A model generated the notes under the pieces. It did no database searches. It was not told the origin of the DNA and saw only the letters and a list, made by a program, of their open reading frames with translations. This document shows, in pieces, positions 24,553-32,000 of a stretch of 32,000 bases of DNA (position 1 is the stretch's first letter; every line of letters begins with the position of its first letter). The DNA lies in the NCBI RefSeq assembly GCF_001644705.1, contig NZ_CP015137.1, forward strand, positions 2,070,001 to 2,102,000, read 5' to 3'. Source of the DNA: Dickeya solani IPO 2222. GTDB lineage: Bacteria; Pseudomonadota; Gammaproteobacteria; Enterobacterales; Enterobacteriaceae. Position numbers and translations under genes: made by a program.

Positions 24553-24574
24553 TTATGTGAGAAATCTCACATAT
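24553..24574. promoter_or_regulatory. CRP-consensus palindrome (ttaTGTGAgaaatcTCACAtat)
   Basis: Both half-sites are perfect (TGTGA-N6-TCACA) within a 9-bp-arm inverted repeat TATGTGAGA-aa-TCTCACATA. Its target promoter is not obvious (see findings). Confidence 0.5.
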
Positions 24575-24684
24575 TGTCGGCGCCAGATGCGCCAAGTCTC
24601 CAAAATGGACTTCGGGGATAGTTGGTGAAAATAAGGCTTCGGAAATAAATTTAAATAATCGTTCACCTTTTTGCTACTTATCGA

Positions 24685-24712
24685 TTGAATTCGCATGGAT
24701 GACCCGTATAAT
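24685..24712 (+). promoter_or_regulatory. atp operon promoter
   Basis: TTGAAT (24685-24690), a 16-nt spacer, then TATAAT (24707-24712), about 90 bp upstream of atpI. The context ttttgctacttat...ccgTATAATttg resembles the E. coli atpI promoter as I recall it. Confidence 0.65.
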
Positions 24713-24800
24713 TTGCTCGTTTTTTGCTGCTTGACTCGGTACTGCAAAGGCAGTTTTATACGGTCATTCAGCATACCTCTGAAAGGTGCGGAGAATCATC

Positions 24801-25998
<1,198 letters not shown>

Positions 25999-26028
25999 TT
26001 TTTCACAACACTACAACGTTTTAACTGA

Positions 26029-26306
<278 letters not shown>

Positions 26307-26350
26307 TAAAAGACATCGACTCATTTAACTCATGAAAGAGGCATTGTGCT

Positions 26351-26821
26351 GTGAATCTTAACGCAACAATCCTCGGCCAGGCCATTGCGTTCGTCCTGTT
26401 TGTCTGGTTCTGCATGAAGTATGTATGGCCGCCGATTATGGCTGCCATTGAAAAGCGTCAGAAAGAAATTGCTGACGGTCTTGCTTCTGCTGAACGTGCC
26501 AAAAAAGATCTGAACTTAGCGCAGGCCAATGCGACCGACCAACTGAAGAAAGCCAAAGCGGAAGCTCAGGTGATCATCGAGCAGGCAAGCAAACAGCGTG
26601 CTCAGATTCTGGACGAAGCCAAGGCGGAAGCGGAAGTTGAACGCAACAAAATCGTGGCGCAGGCGCAGGCTGAAATCGAAGCCGAACGCAAACGTGCCCG
26701 TGAAGAGTTGCGTAAGCAGGTTGCCATTCTGGCGATTGCCGGTGCCGAGAAAATTATTGAACGTTCCGTGGATGAAGCTGCCAACAGCGACATCGTTGAT
26801 AAACTGGTCGCTGAACTGTAA
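26351..26821 (+). CDS. atpF: F0F1 ATP synthase subunit b
   Basis: It has a GTG start as in E. coli. [54 protein letters not shown]... is 156 aa. Confidence 0.97.
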   Translation: MNLNATILGQAIAFVLFVWFCMKYVWPPIMAAIEKRQKEIADGLASAERAKKDLNLAQANATDQLKKAKAEAQVIIEQASKQRAQILDEAKAEAEVERNKIVAQAQAEIEAERKRAREELRKQVAILAIAGAEKIIERSVDEAANSDIVDKLVAEL

Positions 26822-26835
26822 GGAGGGAGGGGCTG

Positions 26836-27369
26836 ATGTCTGAATTTGTCACGGTAGCTCGCCCCTACGCCAAAGCAGCTTTTGACTTTGCCGTTGAAAA
26901 CCAGGCGCTGGATCGCTGGCAGCAGATGCTGGCATTTGCTGCCGAGGTTGCGCGTAATGAACATATTGCCGGGATGCTTGCCGGAGCCATCGCTCCTCAG
27001 ACCATGGCGCAAACGTTCATTACCGTGTGTGGTGATCAACTGGATGAAGCGGGCCAGAACCTGATCCGGGTTATGGCTGAAAACGGACGTTTGCCGGTGC
27101 TGCCTGAAGTGCTGGAACAGTTTGTTCAATTGCGTGCTGAGCTGGAATCGACCGTGGATGTCGAGGTGATTTCCGCCGCCACGTTGAGCGAGCAGCAGTT
27201 ATCCGGGATAACCGCTGCGATGGAACAACGTCTGTCACGTAAAGTGAAGCTGAATTGCAAAATTGATAAGTCTGTTATGGCCGGCGTGGTGATCCGCGCG
27301 GGCGATATGGTGATAGACGGCAGTATTCGTGGTCGTCTGGAACGTCTGGCAGACGTCTTGCAGTCTTAA
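26836..27369 (+). CDS. atpH: F0F1 ATP synthase subunit delta
   Basis: [32 protein letters not shown]... is 177 aa, with a strong GGAGGGAGG Shine-Dalgarno. Confidence 0.97.
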   Translation: MSEFVTVARPYAKAAFDFAVENQALDRWQQMLAFAAEVARNEHIAGMLAGAIAPQTMAQTFITVCGDQLDEAGQNLIRVMAENGRLPVLPEVLEQFVQLRAELESTVDVEVISAATLSEQQLSGITAAMEQRLSRKVKLNCKIDKSVMAGVVIRAGDMVIDGSIRGRLERLADVLQS

Positions 27370-27381
27370 GGGGACTGGAGC

Positions 27382-28923
27382 ATGCAACTGAATTCCACCG
27401 AAATCAGTGAACTGATCAAGCAGCGGATTGCTCAGTTCAACGTCGTGAGCGAAGCTCACAACGAAGGTACGATTGTTTCCGTTAGTGACGGGATCATTCG
27501 CGTACACGGCCTGGCCGATGTTATGCAGGGTGAAATGATTTCCCTGCCGGGCAACCGTTACGCTATCGCACTGAACCTGGAGCGCGACTCCGTCGGTGCG
27601 GTAGTGATGGGCCCGTACGCGGACCTGGCCGAAGGCATGAAAGTCAAATGCACCGGCCGTATTCTGGAAGTGCCGGTTGGCCGTGGCCTGCTGGGTCGTG
27701 TAGTGAATACGCTGGGTGCGCCGATCGACGGTAAAGGTCCGCTGGAGCACGATGGGTTTTCTCCTGTAGAAGCCATCGCGCCGGGCGTTATCGACCGTCA
27801 GTCCGTTGATCAGCCGGTGCAGACCGGTTACAAGTCCGTTGACGCCATGATTCCGATCGGCCGTGGTCAGCGTGAACTGGTCATCGGCGACCGTCAGACC
27901 GGTAAAACCGCGCTGGCAATTGACGCCATCATCAACCAGCGCGATTCCGGCATCAAATGTATTTATGTCGCTATCGGCCAGAAGGCATCCACGATTTCTA
28001 ACGTGGTGCGTAAACTGGAAGAGCATGGCGCGCTGTCCAACACCATCGTGGTGGTGGCAACAGCCTCCGAGTCTGCTGCGCTGCAATATTTGGCGCCGTA
28101 TGCCGGTTGTGCCATGGGCGAATACTTCCGCGATCGCGGTGAAGACGCGCTGATCATTTATGATGATCTGTCCAAGCAGGCTGTCGCTTATCGTCAGATT
28201 TCCCTGCTGCTGCGTCGTCCGCCAGGTCGTGAAGCCTATCCGGGCGACGTGTTTTACCTGCACTCCCGTCTGCTGGAGCGTGCCGCGCGTGTTAACGCCG
28301 AGTACGTTGAAGCCTTTACCAAAGGGGAAGTGAAAGGGAAGACCGGTTCTCTGACCGCACTGCCGATCATCGAAACGCAGGCTGGCGACGTTTCCGCGTT
28401 CGTTCCGACCAACGTTATCTCGATTACCGACGGTCAGATCTTCCTGGAATCCAACCTGTTCAACTCCGGTATTCGTCCGGCGGTTAACCCGGGGATCTCC
28501 GTATCCCGTGTGGGCGGCGCCGCGCAGACCAAGATCATGAAGAAACTGTCCGGTGGTATCCGTACCGCGCTGGCGCAGTACCGCGAACTGGCGGCTTTCT
28601 CCCAGTTTGCCTCCGATCTGGACGACGCGACCCGTAAACAGCTGAGCCACGGTCAGAAAGTGACCGAGCTGCTGAAACAGAAACAGTATGCGCCGATGTC
28701 CGTTGCGCAGCAGTCTCTGGTGCTGTTCGCGGCTGAACGTGGTTATCTGGAAGACGTTGAACTGGCGAAAGTCGGCAGTTTCGAAGCCGCGCTGCTGGCC
28801 TATGCCAGCCGTGAGCACGGCGAGCTTCTGCAGCAGATCGACCAGACTGGCGCTTATAACGATGAGATCGAGGGTAAATTCAAAAGCATCCTCGATACCT
28901 TTAAGGCAACCCAGTCCTGGTAA
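27382..28923 (+). CDS. atpA: F0F1 ATP synthase subunit alpha
   Basis: [53 protein letters not shown]... is 513 aa with Walker A GDRQTGKT. Confidence 0.98.
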   Translation: MQLNSTEISELIKQRIAQFNVVSEAHNEGTIVSVSDGIIRVHGLADVMQGEMISLPGNRYAIALNLERDSVGAVVMGPYADLAEGMKVKCTGRILEVPVGRGLLGRVVNTLGAPIDGKGPLEHDGFSPVEAIAPGVIDRQSVDQPVQTGYKSVDAMIPIGRGQRELVIGDRQTGKTALAIDAIINQRDSGIKCIYVAIGQKASTISNVVRKLEEHGALSNTIVVVATASESAALQYLAPYAGCAMGEYFRDRGEDALIIYDDLSKQAVAYRQISLLLRRPPGREAYPGDVFYLHSRLLERAARVNAEYVEAFTKGEVKGKTGSLTALPIIETQAGDVSAFVPTNVISITDGQIFLESNLFNSGIRPAVNPGISVSRVGGAAQTKIMKKLSGGIRTALAQYRELAAFSQFASDLDDATRKQLSHGQKVTELLKQKQYAPMSVAQQSLVLFAAERGYLEDVELAKVGSFEAALLAYASREHGELLQQIDQTGAYNDEIEGKFKSILDTFKATQSW

Positions 28924-28976
28924 CGCCCTGTGGCCTGCCTTAACGGCAGGCCGCTAGGCATTGAGGAGAAGCTAAG

Positions 28977-29840
28977 ATGGCCGGCGCAAAAGAGATACGT
29001 AGTAAGATCGGAAGCGTCCAGAACACGCAGAAGATCACCAAAGCGATGGAAATGGTCGCCGCTTCCAAAATGCGTAAATCGCAGGATCGTATGGTGGCCA
29101 GCCGTCCTTATGCGGAAACCATACGCAAAGTGATTGGTCACCTTGCGTTAGGGAATCTGGAATATAAACACCCGTACCTGGAAGAGCGTGAAGTCAAGCG
29201 CGTCGGGTATCTGGTGGTGTCTACTGACCGTGGCCTGTGTGGCGGCCTGAACATCAACCTGTTCAAGAAGCTGCTGGGTGACATGAAAGCCTGGAATGAA
29301 AAAGGCGCCGAGATCGATTTGGCGATGATTGGTTCCAAAGGTGTTTCTTTCTTCGGTTCAGCAGGCGCAAACATTGTTGCTCAGGTTACCGGTATGGGGG
29401 ATAACCCTTCGCTGTCCGAATTGATCGGGCCGGTGAAAGTCATGCTGCAGGCCTACGACGAAGGTCGTCTGGACAAACTGTACGTGGTGAGCAACAAGTT
29501 CATCAATACCATGTCTCAGGCTCCACAAGTTGTTCAGCTGCTGCCGCTGCCTCCGGCGGAAGAAGGCGAGCTGACGAAAAAATCCTGGGATTACCTGTAT
29601 GAACCCGATCCTAAGTCGCTACTGGATACCCTGTTGCGCCGCTATGTGGAGTCTCAGGTTTATCAAGGCGTCGTAGAAAACCTGGCCAGTGAACAGGCCG
29701 CGCGAATGGTAGCGATGAAAGCCGCTACGGATAACGGCGGCAACCTGATCAAAGAGCTGCAGTTGGTTTACAACAAGGCTCGTCAGGCAAGCATCACTCA
29801 GGAACTCACCGAAATCGTATCGGGAGCCTCCGCGGTTTAA
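28977..29840 (+). CDS. atpG: F0F1 ATP synthase subunit gamma
   Basis: [39 protein letters not shown]... is 287 aa. Confidence 0.98.
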   Translation: MAGAKEIRSKIGSVQNTQKITKAMEMVAASKMRKSQDRMVASRPYAETIRKVIGHLALGNLEYKHPYLEEREVKRVGYLVVSTDRGLCGGLNINLFKKLLGDMKAWNEKGAEIDLAMIGSKGVSFFGSAGANIVAQVTGMGDNPSLSELIGPVKVMLQAYDEGRLDKLYVVSNKFINTMSQAPQVVQLLPLPPAEEGELTKKSWDYLYEPDPKSLLDTLLRRYVESQVYQGVVENLASEQAARMVAMKAATDNGGNLIKELQLVYNKARQASITQELTEIVSGASAV

Positions 29841-31271
<1,431 letters not shown>

Positions 31272-31291
31272 CGCCTTGATAGGAGGGTGAT

Positions 31292-31714
31292 ATGGCTGCT
31301 ATGACTTACCATCTGGATGTCGTTAGTGCGGAACAGGCAATGTTTTCCGGTCTGGTGCAGAAAATCCAGGTGACCGGTAGCGAAGGCGAACTGGGAATCT
31401 ATCCTGGCCACGCCCCCCTGCTCACGGCCATTAAGCCTGGTATGGTGCGCATTGTTAAACAGCACGGCGAAGAAGAGTATATCTACCTGTCCGGCGGTAT
31501 CCTTGAGGTACAACCGAACATGGTGACCGTGCTGTCCGATACCGCCATCCGTGGGCAGGATCTTGATGAAGCGCGTGCGCTGGAAGCGAAGCGCAAAGCG
31601 GAAGAGCATATCCACAATTCACACGGTGATGTGGATTATGCTCAGGCCTCTGCCGATCTGGCAAAAGCCATTGCCAAGCTGCGCGTCATTGAGCTGACCA
31701 AAAAAGCGATGTAA
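31292..31714 (+). CDS. atpC: F0F1 ATP synthase subunit epsilon
   Basis: [58 protein letters not shown]... is 140 aa, with a GGAGGG Shine-Dalgarno. Confidence 0.97.
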   Translation: MAAMTYHLDVVSAEQAMFSGLVQKIQVTGSEGELGIYPGHAPLLTAIKPGMVRIVKQHGEEEYIYLSGGILEVQPNMVTVLSDTAIRGQDLDEARALEAKRKAEEHIHNSHGDVDYAQASADLAKAIAKLRVIELTKKAM

Positions 31715-31744
31715 CAGATGCGGATGTAACCATCATGCAGATGT

Positions 31745-31777
31745 AAAAAAGCCAGCTGATTCAGCTGGCTTTTTTTA
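31745..31777. terminator. Bidirectional rho-independent terminator shared by atpC and the convergent downstream gene
   Basis: AAAAAA-GCCAGCTGA-t-TCAGCTGGC-TTTTTTT is a perfect 9-10 bp stem flanked by an A-run and a T-run, so it can terminate transcription from either strand. Confidence 0.8.
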
Positions 31778-31842
31778 TGCCCGACACGCCGTCGGGCTGG
31801 TGCTGACGGGCACCAGTTTCGGTGCCCTCTGGTTTATGTCGG

Positions 31843-32000
31843 TTATTTCTTCTTCAGAAAATCGCCCAGTTGCAGATTGCCTTTTTCATCACGGCTGAAG
31901 ACCGCCGGCACGGTGACGGATTGGTAATTCGCCGTCGTGATCTCCTTGCCCTGACTATTGAGCGCACGGTTATTCTTGATGAAGTAGTTGCTGGCGTCCA
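31843..32000 (-). CDS. 3' end (last 52 codons) of an unidentified protein-coding gene convergent with atpC
   Basis: My translation of the minus strand is open from the window edge to the TAA at 31845-31843: ..DASNYFIKNNRALNSQGKEITTANYQSVTVPAVFSRDEKGNLQLGDFLKKK*. I do not recognise the family. It is not glmU, which follows atpC on the same strand in E. coli. Confidence 0.5.
   Translation of the reverse strand, partial: DASNYFIKNNRALNSQGKEITTANYQSVTVPAVFSRDEKGNLQLGDFLKKK

Noticed and set aside
24553-24774. A 73-aa minus-strand ORF in the rsmG-atpI spacer.
   Set aside because: It overlaps the predicted atp promoter and the atpI leader in antisense. It has no ribosome-binding site and an AT-rich-translation composition. 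It is less statistically unusual than the 100-codon neighbour, which is kept as a low-interest finding.
27235-28818. A 527-aa ORF antisense to almost the whole of atpA. It is the longest unexplained ORF in the track and superficially looks like a hidden overlapping gene.
   Set aside because: It is exactly codon-aligned with atpA. Both use codon positions starting at coordinates that give remainder 1 modulo 3, so antisense stops can arise only from sense codons TTA, CTA or TCA. A highly expressed, codon-biased gene avoids those codons. The product is Arg/Gly/Thr/Gln-rich low-complexity sequence with no Shine-Dalgarno, so it is a shadow ORF. The same alignment holds for the antisense ORFs in atpD (30066..30464, 30756..31202), rbsA (13563..14150), kup (16375..16833) and asnC (20203..20652).

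Overview
This window is the conserved replication-origin neighbourhood of an Enterobacterales chromosome. Gene content and roughly mid-50s %GC suggest a Pectobacteriaceae-like organism, but that is inference only. Left to right: dsbA (3' end runs off the window edge), srkA and yihD (-); mobA-mobB (+); a complete rrn operon on the minus strand (P1/P2 promoters, 16S, tRNA-Ile(GAU), tRNA-Ala(UGC), 23S, 5S, terminator); rbsDACBKR (-); kup (-); ravA-viaA (+); asnC-mioC (+); a recognisable oriC (three 13-mers, four R-type DnaA boxes, 12 GATC sites); mnmG-rsmG (+); the full atpIBEFHAGDC operon (+); and the 3' end of an unidentified convergent gene at the right edge. I found no transposase, integrase, CRISPR array, toxin-antitoxin or defence-like genes, and no unexplained multi-gene cluster. 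I therefore do not claim a novel system here. The leads worth a second look are small. There are three departures from E. coli K-12 gene order: an rrn operon joining two blocks, asnA missing next to asnC, and glmU missing after atpC. There is a perfect CRP-core palindrome in the AT-rich rsmG-atpI spacer, a second RbsR-operator-like palindrome upstream of rbsD, and short tandem repeats or hairpins in the viaA-asnC, atpA-atpG, atpG-atpD and post-atpC spacers. The very long antisense ORFs in the track are codon-aligned shadows of highly expressed genes and are rejected.
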